Below, piece by piece: positions 49,987 through 64,000 of a stretch of 64,000 bases of DNA. The translations under genes and the position numbers were made by a program. The number at the start of each line of letters is the position of its first letter. Position 1 is the stretch's first letter. Below the pieces are notes generated by a model. The model was not told the origin of the DNA and made no database searches. It saw only the letters and a program-made list of their open reading frames with translations. This DNA comes from Nageia nagi (Eukaryota; Plantae; Pinophyta): NCBI GenBank assembly GCA_050084985.1, contig JBITNC010000001.1, forward strand, positions 87,482,001 to 87,546,000. Direction: 5' to 3'.

Positions 49987-51534
49987 ATGTTTGACCCTAG
50001 GGATCATTATCCCATGATCCTTCAGGAGGGTCATTCTTTCCTTACTTCTAGGGACTACACATTTCTTTAGAGTGTGGGTTTCAGTATTGGACCCTATATG
50101 GGTTGCATTCACTAGGAGTACCCTCTCATGGTAGCTTTCCTTGAGCAATGGGACTCCACTACATCTACTTTCCATCTCTCAATAGGGAAGATGACAATCA
50201 CTACAGAGAATATTCATTAGTTATATCACTTACCTATCCATAATCAGAGGATTTAGTATGTTGTTGATATAGATAAAATTCTACTACCTATTTCTTATTT
50301 GGATAGGGTTGACCAGGTAGATGCAATCATATCTAAGATCAACTTAGGTGAGATAAAAAATTTATAATATTAGCACAAGGATTAGCAAATAAGTATTAGA
50401 TTCTCATTTTTGATGGGATTGATCTAGTGTTATGCCTTACTTGATAGAGGCAATGGTAGATTTCCTTGGTCATTGATTCCCATGATAGCATATATGATAT
50501 AGAATGGCACTATCTTCAGTTGAGCTTCCACTTTGTTAGCATAGTGTTATAGGGAGCTATTCTTCTATTATCAAGGTCATAGGACCTCACTATTAGTTAC
50601 GATCACTTTGCATTCATGGGCCTACAGGCATATTACTATCGCATGCCCTCATAGGCTTCCTATTCCTAGTTTTGATGCACATACAAAGTATCTAGTAGGG
50701 ATTATGGTATGAACAGAGTATTTTTACATCCATGTTACTGATAAAGTTTACCAATATGTAGGCTTTTATTGAGACATATTTAGATAGATTAGTTTTGATC
50801 ATGTCAGGTTTTATCCATATCATTTGTATCCATTATGGGAGGAGAGATTGGTCCCAAAGGTTTAAAGTTATGACTCATTACTAGCTAAGATTGAGAAGCT
50901 TAAGTTTTTACTTAGGAAATCATGATCATTACTTGATCAGTCTAATTAAGATAATGAATCTCTAAGTGCATAGATTTAGCATCTTATGCACTCAGACAAG
51001 GATAGGCTTAGGTACAGAGTGGATTGGGATAGATAATGAGAGAAGATAGATAGAGCATAATCCATGGTGTAGAAATTGCAATAATAGGTAGGAATATAGG
51101 GTGTTATAGCTAGCATAAAGAGGCACTCTTCTACTTTCATTAGAGACATTTGTAGATAGAGGAATTACTATCGCAAAGTGGTTAACACATGGTTAGTGGG
51201 TGTTCCTACTTTTAGGCCTTATTTGGAGTATCTACTTCTCCATCTAAGTTATATCTCCTTGGATATCAGTACACTTCAAGCTACTATAACCAATGAGGCA
51301 TAGGGGGATGTTAGCATAGGGATAGATAAAGGTAGGGTTGCAATGATTTCCAGCAGGAGTGTTATTGCTACTTTTTCTCATCATAGGCCTAGATCCTTAG
51401 AGATTCAAGTAATTAGATGAGAGAGGACTATGAATAGCCCATTGAATTGAACTTGAAGGGGTCAAGATGTGGGTGAGATGAGTGCTTATGTTGATGATGA
51501 GGGTAGTGCCTACAAGGATTCTCCTAGGGATTGA
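49987..51534 (+). pseudogene. Plant mobile domain (PMD, aminotransferase-like) ORF remnant, probably a retrotransposon extra ORF
   Basis: Manual translation gives MVAFLEQWDSTTSTFHLSIGKMTITTENIH*LYHLPI (from 50128) and FS*ASTLLA*CYREL...LHSWAYRHI. These match the PMD motifs ALVERWxxETxTFHLPxGEMTITLEDV and YSWGSAxLAxLYREL...LQxWAWE. Confidence 0.8.
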
Positions 51535-53070
51535 TCATTTGGCTTATTTTTTGATATGTTGTTGTTAGAATATGATATCATGTTATATTTTGGATTTATA
51601 TTCATTTATGGATGATACATTATATTTATTTTTGATCATGATGACCTTGATTAGTTTTATTAGATAGATGTCATGGATGACTAGGTGATGAAATTAGATT
51701 GTTATTTTTTGATATTTAGACATGATGATACTTTTATATATTCATTCTTATGGTTATGATGATGTTTTGATGAGTTATTATTTTGATATTATCATGTGTT
51801 ATATTATGGATAATGGTATTTTAATGTTATATATTATGTTGATGGATTATTGGTGTTGATTTACATTATATGGTACAATGACACTATTTAATGCTTTGAT
51901 CAATGAATGATTCTTATATAATATGATTAGAATGATGAATGATATAATGTTACATGTTTAATTTATTATGGATCATTATTATTACTTTTATAATGAATCA
52001 GTTATAATTTAGAATAATATTTAATTTATAATAGTATGAAATTAGATATCATCATTTTTCATTTCTATTTTATTTATACACATTGGATAATATATGTATG
52101 TGAAATGGTATAAATGGTATGACATTATGAATGTAAATTCATGAATAAGTGAATATAAATGAATGGTATAAATATTTGAATGTCAAATATAACATCATAG
52201 TTAACTTACCAAGATAATACTAATAATATATTTATTATGAAGTGGAGTGAAATGAATGAATAATATAATAAATAAGTGTAATGAATAACATATTCATACT
52301 AACTTCATCAACTAATATTTCATTTTGATTTCATATAATAGGGATGATATAAAATAAAATTATGATACACCTAAGTTTATTATGAACTTGTGTGTGTGTA
52401 CTGATGTTCATTTTCTTCTCTTAACACTCACAAACCTAATATTCTAAGAGCATAAAATATGTAAGCGAATTCATCTGTATGAAACCTATAAAGGTCCATC
52501 ATAGAAAATAGACATATTGCCACTTTATAAGTTATAATTCACTACCATATGGGCATTCATAGCGCTAGTGAATATTAACCCTTATATCCTGCTATAGCCT
52601 TGCACTATTGCCAATTAGGCATCCATAGCCCTAACGGAGAATACTATAATCATCCAAGAATATGTCTATATTTTTTTCTTGTTATTCTATATCTTGTGTT
52701 CAGAATGAAGTGAAATAATAGGACTAAATTCACTCAAAATTATGCTCAAGGAACATCAATTTTTTTATTGTTTTGAGATTTAATGTGTGTAAAAATGTAT
52801 GAGTTCATAATATCCTGAAAATGTATCAAGGTTATGTTTCTTTTACATCTAAAGTTTTAAGAACTTTTTGAGATACATTTTGACAAAATAGGATATGAAT
52901 ATTATACCCACAAACTACTTATTTATTTATCTATTCAACTATATATATGAATAATATGTGAATAGATATATGATGTATATGTGTATCTTGGTAAAACATT
53001 AGGATTATCATGTTTTACACTTAATATTTTTGCGATGATGGAAGTAATGAACAAGATGAACATAATGGTA

Positions 53071-53135
53071 TGGTAGGAGCACATAGGGAAGCACACCCCA
53101 ATAGCCAAGATGCTTAAGAAATAACTTTCTAAGTG

Positions 53136-53186
<51 letters not shown>

Positions 53187-53245
53187 TAGGAACACATAGA
53201 GAAGCACACCCTAATAGCCAAGATGCTTAAGAAATAACTAAGTAT

Positions 53246-53287
<42 letters not shown>
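53071..53287. repeat. 56-bp direct repeat with adjoining (TA)(TG)n and (CA)n(TA)n microsatellites
   Basis: tggtagga.cacatag.gaagcacacc..aatagccaagatgcttaagaaataact at 53071 and 53184. Confidence 0.9.
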
Positions 53288-56200
53288 TAGTTTTTATAAT
53301 TTTTTATTTTATTTTTATTTTTAATAATTTTTTGAAATTTTTTTAGTCATCTTCTACTTGTACATAATGAATTCCATGTCAGATGAGAGTTTGTAACAAA
53401 TTATTGTGAGAGATGGGATGAAAATGACATCAAGTATGAATAGTATGATCAATAGACAAATGTGTGGCATGATGAGTGATAGACACAAAAAATATGAAGT
53501 TCTAATAAAAAATTTTTATGGATATTATGTGGGCAATGGTGAGTTCATCAAAGGACTCCTGAGTATGTAAGGATGGTGGAATATAGAATTTAATGAGTCT
53601 ACAACTAAGTAGATTCACACAAGAATTAATCATAATCCTCCATATGAAATCTATCCTAAAAAATAAATAAATGAGTTTTTGTATACTCTTCATTAGGTAT
53701 ATCATAAATCATGTAGATTCCCCAACATGGTCCATGGTCAATAGTCATGCTTAACCAAAAGGAATCTTTTAGAATATTATAAGCATAATAAAATTTATCT
53801 AACATACTCAAAAATGGTATAATAGATAATATATTATGTTGAACACCATCAGATAACTCAAAAAAGTGGTCAGTATCTATGTCTAATGATATGAGCTGAC
53901 TCTATGTGGTCACTTTGGAACATAAAAGGTGAAGGTCGAATATAAAAGGAATATAATACCCAAGGAGTAGGTGGAATATGATATGGATAGGTTATCTCCT
54001 GATTGGTAGGTATAGAAACACAATAAGGATGACTCATGATGCTTGTGTATGGAATGCAACCAGCCACCTCCAACATTATATGTAAATTTTAAATAGTATA
54101 AGGCTTATAAAGACACAAAATATATCAAGCTTTTATTTGTATGAAAATAATTAATAAGCATGCAAAGATCAAGAAATATATATACAACACTTTCATATGT
54201 ATAAAACACACATTTTATTATTATTTTTTAATGTTTTTATTATTTTTTATATTTTATCTAACACAGAATGATTTATAACCCTCTAATGGTGCTAGTAAGT
54301 AGGTTTCTTATGAATAACCCAATGTCCATGATCTAAGAAGTAATATTAAGGAGGCATAAAGAAAAGGTAAAGAGGGCCTTGTCCTAGAATAGATGGCTGG
54401 GAGTGAATGGGATATGAAACAAGTGGTGGGAGTGGTGGTTTAGGTTTTGACTTAAAATTTTTGATGAATCTCTTAGGTTCCATACATTAAGTTTATGCTT
54501 CATTATGTTCCTCAAGAAGCATAAAAAGGAAGGTATATATGTGGGATGTTATGAAATGGGAAGTGGTGGTATCATTGGTAATGAAAAAGTCCATAATGGG
54601 AAATACAGGATAAGGCTCCCTATAGTAACACCAAAACTTTTATTTTAAGCAATATTGAAATAATATTCTTGGAAAACATTTTTAATTCATTTGATTTCAT
54701 ATAGACATTGACTAATTCATTTAAATCACACTTGCACATTCAAAGAATTATTCACATGATAATTATTACTAAGTAATGAACTATAATTATATACAATTTC
54801 ATAATTTGGAAATGATGGCATAAGATATGACAGTACTTGATTACAAACAACTAAAGTCAAAATAATAGAATATCCCATAAATTTGATATGAATATCTTCA
54901 ACATAATCTATCATAATTTTGAGTTTCTCATAAGGTTAATGTAGATGAAACCATTGTGATGAAATCATCTCATATTCTTGTTCCATCCACATTTCTTATG
55001 CCTTTACTTCAATTACAACTTTTAAAACATTTATTTTTAATTCCCATGCATTTGATTTATGATTTTCAAAGTGTTTCATGGCTATAAGTAATCATACTTC
55101 TTTTGGTAAATCAAAAAAATGTACCATAAGTATAGGTGTTTTCTAAAGTAATTGTATATAAACATCTTCTTTATATCTATCCATGAAACTTTGACCAATG
55201 TAATCAAACTAAAAATGTATTGGTTTAGGAGCTTCTAACCTTTTGGTTCTTAGTGTTATTTCTGAATGGTCACAAGATAAAGAAAGAGGAAACCTTGATT
55301 TAATTTGATAAAATCATTTATTGATATTTCTCTTAACTCGTATTGATTTCCTTAGTTTGGGTATTAATGTAGGAGAAAAATCATATATTAACTTTTGATG
55401 ACATATGTCTCCTACAAGCCGATTGATCCAAGTCAAAATTGGATATAAGCTTTATGAATTTTGAGATGTAATGTCTAAAACCCAATCATTAAAGGTACAA
55501 TCAAGTTTAAATTTAGGTGTTGTAGTGGGCCAATACAACCATAACAAATTTATTTTATGTATTTATTCATGATAATGATAAAAACCTTGGAAATACACAA
55601 CTCTAGATATGTAAATATGAATATTATCTCCTTTAAGATAGATTTTCCAACCATAAAATGTACCTAAACAATACCTTAATGTTAGATCACTCTATATATC
55701 ATTGGGTAATTGAATAACATTCTATGCCTCTTGGAAAGTGAATTTTATGAGTTTGGATATAGCTCTATCTCCCAGATATCTAGACTTTTCAAACCATGAT
55801 TCTTACTTTATTCCTTTTCTTTCCAATGGCACGTGAACACTCTTGATATTTTTGATTACCATATGTTAAATTCATTTATTTTTATTAGTTCATTATGAAA
55901 CTTTTAATTTCTTTATCACAAGCATAGCTTAGGAACTAAAGTTAGGAGTCAAAGATGAACACCTTATTTATGATACCTATGCTCAGAGTACATGTATGGG
56001 AGGGTATTGAATATTAGTAGTGAAATGCATTATTTTTTATATTTTATTTTTTAAGTTTCAAAAACTTATTTACTTATTTTTTGGGGAAGGAATCATATAA
56101 ATAAAGAAACTAATTTACTCAAAATTTTTCTATCTTGTTCACTTATGCTCTCCCTTTGTGTTGAAAAGTGACTTGAGGTGACCAAAATGGATTTGATATA

Positions 56201-57315
56201 AAAAGGGTAAATAAAATTTTTACTTTTTTCACCTTATCACATTAATTTGGTAAATGAATTTACACTAAGTTACTTCCACACTTGGAAGAGGTAATTAATC
56301 ATCATTAAGTTTTGAATGAATTTAAGGTGAATTAATTGGGTTTGAGATAGATTATGATACAATAAATTAGGTAATGAATATGGTAATTAATTTTCACATA
56401 TTAATACTCTTACTTTTCTTCCTTACCACACTGAGGGGTAGTCAAAGGATTGTGACTTATAATGAGGGAAAATGAATCTATATTAAAGGAAATTTACTCA
56501 TATTAACAACTTCTTACTTGTCTTCCCTTACCATGTTGAGAGATGATTTAAGGAGATTGTGACTCATAAGAAGAGGAAATAAACCATATATAAATATTTA
56601 TTTTGGTTAATTAACCTCATTAAAAGGTAATTATTCTCATGGGTAATTTTGGATCAACTTGCACACTAATTAAAACACTATTTGAAATATATTAAAAAGG
56701 CTTAATTAATGGACATGTATGATCGGGAGGGTTAGAATTTGCATCTATGAGTACTTTAATTTGGTTAAATACATGATTATGAGGCAAATTAAAATGAGAA
56801 TAAATGAATTTAAATTCATTACCAAGCATTGATTCTTACTCTTTTATGTTTCCATTGATAAAATAATATGAGCCTTAGAGCCAAAACTAGGACATGAATA
56901 TCAGGTTTATAGGTTAGAAGTCATTACTTTTCATTGAATGACTATAAAAATGGGGGCTATACTTAGATTTTATCATTGATATAGTTATTAGAGGTATTCC
57001 TTAAGCCCCATTACACTAAGGGGACCATTCTTAGTACCAAGTTGTTACTTAGCCCTAGATTGCCTAATAGGATTACCAACATACCTTGCTTAAACACTTG
57101 ACTAGGCAAAGCAATTTAGGAAAATTAAAAAGATTAAAATGTACAATTCATACCACTCATATTAAAAATATTAATTTAATATGCTAAAAAGCTAGAAAAA
57201 GATAATCACACCAAAAAGGTAAGTATGCATGTTCGATATTTGCTTTCTTGTTATAGTTTGGTAAAAAGAAAATAAAGCCAAAAAATACAAAAAATAAACA
57301 GAAAACCAAAAGAAT

Positions 57316-60300
57316 ATGGTTAACACTCACTCTCAAATAACTCATCAAGATCAAGATCAATATAATGAAAACTATTTAGAATAACGAGAGAGTCATAGTT
57401 CTACTAGGAATATTTTAAGAAGAGAAACTTCTTGAGAAACAAATCCAACTTAGTTAAGTCCTATTGATCGTGAATTAGATGTAGTCAAACAACATCTAAC
57501 AAAATTGAGAATCCCTCATTCTTTTTTTTCCCATTATCTTCTTTTAGATCTATAATATTTAGTAGAAGACACATAACCAATTGATGGTGTGAAAGAGATT
57601 ATATTAATAAACATACTTCTTTCACAAATTCATTCAACTAATATTGTCCTTTAAATAAGTCCTTTTAGACCCAAGTGTGATAATGTTACATTGTATTTAT
57701 ATGATGTATGTTTAGTTCAGTTGTATCTAAGAAGGGATGATTATGCTCCTTCCACCATATCTAGGAAAACAAAAGAATTTGATGATTTAATCTCCATAAA
57801 TACAACTACTCCTATGCTAGAATCAAGAAATTGTTCTAGAGTTTATAATGATCCTTGTTACATTTTAAAATAAAATACATCAACTCCTTTTTCAATTCAT
57901 AAGAAACCTAAACAAGCACATGAGTTAATATATAATCATAATCCAATGAGTTATAGATTGCAAGGTATACATCCTTATATGCATAGAAAAGAGAATCCAC
58001 CTCTAAATAATATACAACAACAACAATAAGTAATTTTGTATAATCAAGGCACACAACAACAAATGAAACCCATGGGATTTACCCAAAAACCATAGTTGCA
58101 AGCTAACCAGTGCTCAATGTACATCAAAATAAACCACCAATAATGTAACCTAATAAGCACAATATCCAAATCTAGCCTAGGCCTAATCAAATAATGGAAA
58201 GAGATAGAAAAGAGAAACCTAGGGTATGATCTCTATCACCACAAGGTCATGGAGTGTATAAATATCAAGATCCTTATCTAGATAAGATAAAAGAAGCTTC
58301 ACTTATAAATCAATAAAAATAGCTTCAAAATTATCACTTACTTCCACCCAAAGATAAGGGGCAATTATACTATCCTCCTAGACCACTACTACCTCAATAA
58401 TAAATATATCAACTGCCATTACATCAAACTCCACCACCTTCCCTACCACGTGATGGAACTTACTATGATGCCTAAACACCTTCTAAACAAAGATATGAAT
58501 AATTCCTAAGGTATGAAGAAAGAGTGGATCATAGAAATGATGAATATTCCATGTATCAAAATCAACCATAAGAAAATGATGATCTTCATAAAAGGTTGGT
58601 GGAAATTAAAAATGAGTTACATTTGTAAATCAAAAAAAATTTATCATATGAAATAATTTGCAACAAACCTATTCATCCAATTGTTCCCAAAAAGGAGATT
58701 CTTTTCAAATTTAAGATTCCAAAAATTGAACCATTTAAGGGAAAGGAAGATCCCAAACAATGTATTAGATCATTTAAGTATTCAAGTTATGTTATTGCTA
58801 ATGATGATGCATTAATGTTACATATATTTCTAATGACACTTTTTGGACAAATAATGGATTGGTAAAACTTAATAGAATATAGCATTTTTTTATACACTTA
58901 GTTGGCAAATTTGTTCCAGGAATATTTTAGAATCAATATTAAAAATAAAACCTCCATTATTTATCTTATAAGATTACAACAATTCCAATATGAATCAATT
59001 ATTGATTTCATCTCAAGATGGAGGATAATATTGAAAACCATTCCTTATACTCTACCTCAAGAAGAGTTGGTTAAAATATTTAATCAAATTTGTTTAAGGG
59101 CCATTGTTAGCATCTTATTAATTCAAAAACATAAGACCTTCAAAGAAGCTATCTCTTAAGTAGTCATAATTGAAAAGTTTAAGCTTCAATATAGTGAGAT
59201 AAAAAGTAAGAAAAATGAACCTTATTTTAAGAACAAAAATAAAAAAAGTAAACATGTAAATAACCACCAGCTAACAAATTTTCTATCACTAAAGAGGCAA
59301 AAATGAATCCTCCACAATGAGAGGAAAAGGATTCTAAGTCACAAAGAAAGTTTACACCTTTGTCAAAATCTCTTTATGATATTCTAAGGAAACTTTGTGA
59401 TCATTAAGTAATTATGTTACCAGAGATAAGGCTTGAACATCCTAATGTTAAAAATAACATATGGTATAATGAAAATGAATTCTATTATTTCCATCACCAA
59501 AAGGGTCATGATACAAATAGATGTAGAACTTCACAATAAAAAATTCAAAATCTAATTGATCATAAAAAATTGGAAGTTGATAATCCTCTAGCTATTCCTA
59601 ATCAAAATTTGGGTATTTATAAAAACCATCTTCCTCAACATCAAGCTAATAATATTTCATTACATCTGCCTAAGAATCAAGTAACATACAATTAGAGTTG
59701 TGATAACTTGACATTCATAGGAATTATAAATATTATTACAAGAGCTCAAAAGTTACAATAAAAGTAAAATGTTATTCTAGATAATCAACTAGATAAGGTT
59801 ATTGTACAACTAAATATACCTATATCTTAACATACCAAAATCTCTATGAAAGGAGCTCTACATCAACAATTAAAAAATTTACAAGTGAAAATATCAATAT
59901 TTGAGTTATTACAATAATCTAAGAACCATAGAGGTGCAATGAATCAATTGTTATAAATAATCAAATCGGATATAAATGATCCTAAAAGCCTTGTGTCTTT
60001 TGTAGGAAACATTAAAACAAGTCAAAAACATACTATTGATTTCTATGATCATCAAGTTAAAAATTCAAATGAGGCACATGGTCAAGATCCAACTTTGCAT
60101 ATCATAACCAAGGTAGATGGGAAATATTTTAAGAGAATATTAATTGATGAAGGTTCAATGATAAACATTATTTCAAAAACTACATATAAGAATCTAAATC
60201 TTCCATTTTTACATATTTGTACACCAACCCTACAACTAAAAGTATTTAATGATGCTTTATGTTCAACAATGGGATCAATTTTGTTTCCTATCACTGTAGG

Positions 60301-63300
60301 GTCTAAAACAATGCAAACAATATTACAAGTAATTGAAGAAGACATCACCCAATATAACATTCTTTTAGGAAGACCTTGGATTAGATATATGTAATGTTTT
60401 CCATCAACATATCATAATTGTTTGAAGTATATTCATAAGGATGTAGTACATTGTGTGCCCAAGGATGAAAATTCGTATTCATACTATAATAGTGTACATT
60501 TACCAAAAGAAATAGCTTTACCATATACTCATTATTTTACAACACCAATACCATTAGAAAGACCATCGATTGCTATGGTGGGTAAGAATAATTCTTCCTT
60601 GAGCTCTTTAAAATAAGAACATGCTATTAATCAAGAATAATCCAAAACTCAACAAAAAGTTAATAATTATTCATAACCAAAGATAGAAGCCACACAATAA
60701 GAAAAATATATGTGGGAGGAAAGAGCACAAAAATTAGATGAATTACAAAAAGCTTCCTCATCAAAATTTTCATCTCCCATTGATACATAAGTAAAAAGTG
60801 ATGATTATTAAGAAAAACATAAGTCATTAGATATCTATCTAGTAACAATTAAACTACTAGATTGTGGTATATGGGAATTTTAAATTGATGATATTATTTT
60901 TAGTATTTCTTTTGCTCAAGAAATAGGAATACCAAAAGAATGTCCTAGTGTATGGGGCAATTGATGCCATTAGGAAAAGTTTCTAATAAAACTCTATTTG
61001 TTTATGTAGGTCCTATAGAACCATCTATCATATCTTTACCTCAACCATATAGAAGTATTTTCTATAACTCATTATAATATCTATCATCTTATGTGAGATC
61101 ATTCATACAAAGATATTTCGATAGATTTCAATGGAAGGGATGAGGTTTATATCAATATGAACAAGGACCTAGATATACAATTGATATATTTTACCAATTA
61201 CCAATTGATGAAATATTATTGAGATAAAAAAGTAAGAATGGAAAAAAATATAGCTATAAAATAGTTGAGCTAGAATTAGAAAAACTAGAATATGAAAAAA
61301 ACATGTGAAAATTCTAAAGAGATACTAAATCAAGATAATGCAAAATATGAAATGTTATATTTATAAAGATTATTTTTTAATGTTTTATTAAGTAATATGG
61401 TATATATTGAAGAAATATTTGATGAGGCTTCAAAAAAAATATCTTTTGACTAGTTAGTAAGTGATGAGTTTGAACTATTAAGCCTAGTAAGTTCAAGTAG
61501 CTCTTCATCATACTTCATGGTAGATGAAGATGTTGCAAAATTTATGCCGATTTCAAAGCAACCTACAATACAAGACTTTAAAGATATAGATACTATATTA
61601 CAAACCTCATAATTTACTATAAATACAACCTTGGAGGATCAAAATCTAGGTAAAGATGAAGAATACAACCTAAATTATAAAAATTAGATTTCAATACCAA
61701 ATTCATTGGAAGAGGGGTCCCATATGTTAATTGAAAAAACCATTAAGGTTGAGTTAAGTTATGATCCAAATAATCCTAAGATTATTCAACTTGGAAAGCC
61801 ACTAACTAAAGAGGAGAGATGAGAATTCATATCTATACTTAAAAAAAAGTAAAAAATATTTGCATGGTCATACAGTGATATGCCAAGATTGGATCTAGAC
61901 TTGGTTATGCATAACCTAGGTAATAAATAGGATGCTAAACTAGTTAATTAAAAATTAGTATTAAAGATGATGCTAAATTAGTTAAATAAAAATTATGTAA
62001 GATGCATCTTATAATAGCATTAATGATAAAAGGAGAATTACAAAAACTTTTAGAAGTCAAGTTCATCCATCATAATGATTATTTTGATTTGATTTTCATG
62101 GTACTAGTTAAAAATTCCAATGGAAATATTTGCATACACATAAATTTTAGAGATTTAAATAAAGCTTTCCCTAAAGATGATTTTCCACTAACAAACATAG
62201 ATAATTTGGTTGACTCTACTATTGATATGAAATGCTATCTCTCATGGATGAATTTTTAGGTTACAATAAAATAAGAGTAGCACCTAAAGATCAACATAAA
62301 ATAACTTTCATAATGCCTTGGGGAATATTTTATTATAAGATAATACCCTTTAGCCTCAAGAATGTAGGATATACTTACCAATGGGCCATGACATACATTT
62401 TTTATGATTACATGCATGATATTGTGGAAGATTATGTGGATGATGTATTAGATAAGTCTAAACTATGAGAAGACCATACAAAAATAATTATCAAGATATT
62501 TGATAGATTATTGGAGCATAATATTTGATTGAATCCCAAAAAATATTTTTTTAGGGTTACATGAGGAAAATTATTAGGCTTTATTTTCTCCAGGTGAGGT
62601 ATTTAAGTAGACACTAATAAGATAAATGCGATAATGAATATGCCTCCCCTTTCAAATATAAAACAATTACAAAGTTTACAAGGTAAGCTACAAGCTATAA
62701 GATGTTTTATCTCACAATTATTTGATAAGTGTAAACCTTTCAATAAGTTGTTAAAAAAGGGGATTACATTTCACTAGGGCAATGAACAACAATAAGAATT
62801 TGATGAAATAAAATGTTATCTTTTATCTCCTCTAGTTTTAGTCCCACCTAAGTGAGGGTAACCATTCGTACTTTACACATCTGCTACAAAATCAACATTG
62901 GAAACTATGCTTGCTCAAAAAAATGAAAGCAATAACGAACAAGCTATTTACTATCTCAATCGAACCCTAGTTGGTTATGAAATTAAATATATATACCTAA
63001 CAAAGTTATGTTTAGCTATGGTTTTTGCAACTAAGAAGTTGAGACATTACATGCTAAATCATACCATGTATGTAATTGCTAAAGTAGATCCATTGAAATA
63101 CATGATAAATAAAAATTACCAAAATACAAGGAAATATAAATGGATTATGATTTGATCGAATTTGATTTACAATTCATAAGTCAAAAATTGATCAAAGGCC
63201 AAGTTATAGTTGGTTATCTCATAGAATAACCTTTATATGATGATAAACCACTCATTGTTGAATTACCATATGAACACATTTTCCAATTATATAATATGGA

Positions 63301-64000
63301 AATACCCATTAATCCTAATGAATATTGGGATATGGTAAGATATTTTGATGGATCAAGATGTGAAAAATGTGGAGGTGTGGGTGTTGTGTTTTTTACAACT
63401 CAAGGGGTCCCCATACCTTACTCTTTCAAACTTAAATTTCCATGTACAAAGAATAATGCTGAGTATGAAGCTTTGGTATTAGCCATAAACATGGCTATAA
63501 AATTGAAGCTAAGAAAGGTTAAATTTATTGGTGATTCATTGTTAATTGTAACTAAGGTTAAAGGTATTTTTCAATGTAAAGAACCTTTACTACAAAAGTA
63601 CAAAAAATTGGTGGAAAATCTATTACAATCATTTAAAAAGTATGATTTAGAAGCAACACCAAGGTTAACCAATAGATTCGCTAATGCTATGGATTCAATT
63701 GGATCTTTGATATCAAAAAACACTCATAAACAAATCATTCACATTGAGATAGTCCACATTACTCAATCTTAATTAAAAATAAATGAAGTAGAACATACAA
63801 ATATCAGTATTACAATGGAAGATAAAAATGTATGGCATATTCAACTAGTGAAATTCTTAAGAGATGAAATCCTACCTATTAATTTAATAAAATTGGTTAG
63901 GAAGGCATTTAAATTAAAATCTTCTCATTTTTTTATGCTAGGGGATGTCCTATATCATAGAGGTTTTGATGAAATATTACTTAGATTCTTAGAATAGTTA
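57316..64000 (+). mobile_element. Element C: Ogre-type Ty3/gypsy gag-pol remnant (GAG, PROT, G-patch, RT, RH, aRH, start of INT), running off the window end
   Basis: MVNTHSQ start; FKIPKIEPFKGKEDP (gag); YFHHQKGHDTNRC knuckle; ILIDEGSMINI and YNILLGRPWI (protease); QWKG*GLYQYEQG (G-patch, ~61100-61190); VEDYVDDVL (RT); FATKKLRHYML (RH); YFDGSRC...NNAEYEAL (aRH). Confidence 0.92.
63296..63772 (+). pseudogene. aRH domain between RH and integrase in element C
   Basis: Open 158-aa ORF with YFDGS, TKNNAEYEAL, GDSLLIV and NRFANAM. Confidence 0.88.

Noticed and set aside
54287-54303. tggtgctagtaagtagg as the PBS of element C
   Set aside because: Several mismatches to a Tat-type PBS and not preceded by an LTR-terminal CA.

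Overview
AT-rich, CpG-depleted plant nuclear DNA. A gymnosperm/conifer host is inferred from the TE lineages and PPR wording. The only intact host gene is the first coding exon of a UNE2-like MFS transporter (289-576, minus strand). Most of the rest is decayed LTR retrotransposon. (A) An old CRM-type chromovirus spans 3358-29086. (B) A 19.7-kb Tat-type Ty3 element (4201-23946, perfect CCTAT target-site duplication, PROT-aRH-RT-RH-INT order) is inserted in the first codons of A's gag, and each of its ~6-kb LTRs carries a ~1100-codon degenerate ORF. (D) A truncated minus-strand element keeps an extra ORF and a 3' LTR (42550-46424). A PMD-domain ORF remnant lies at 49987-51534. (C) An Ogre-type gag-pol (G-patch, RT-RH-aRH-INT) runs off the window end. 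The most unusual non-TE structure is at 31343-33605: a mosaic of out-of-order PPR/E/DYW gene fragments joined by a recurring ~35-bp linker and bracketed by a near-identical 22-23-nt motif. It resembles a repeat-spacer array and is a candidate TAS-like/phasiRNA locus. All identities are by-eye estimates; no searches were run.
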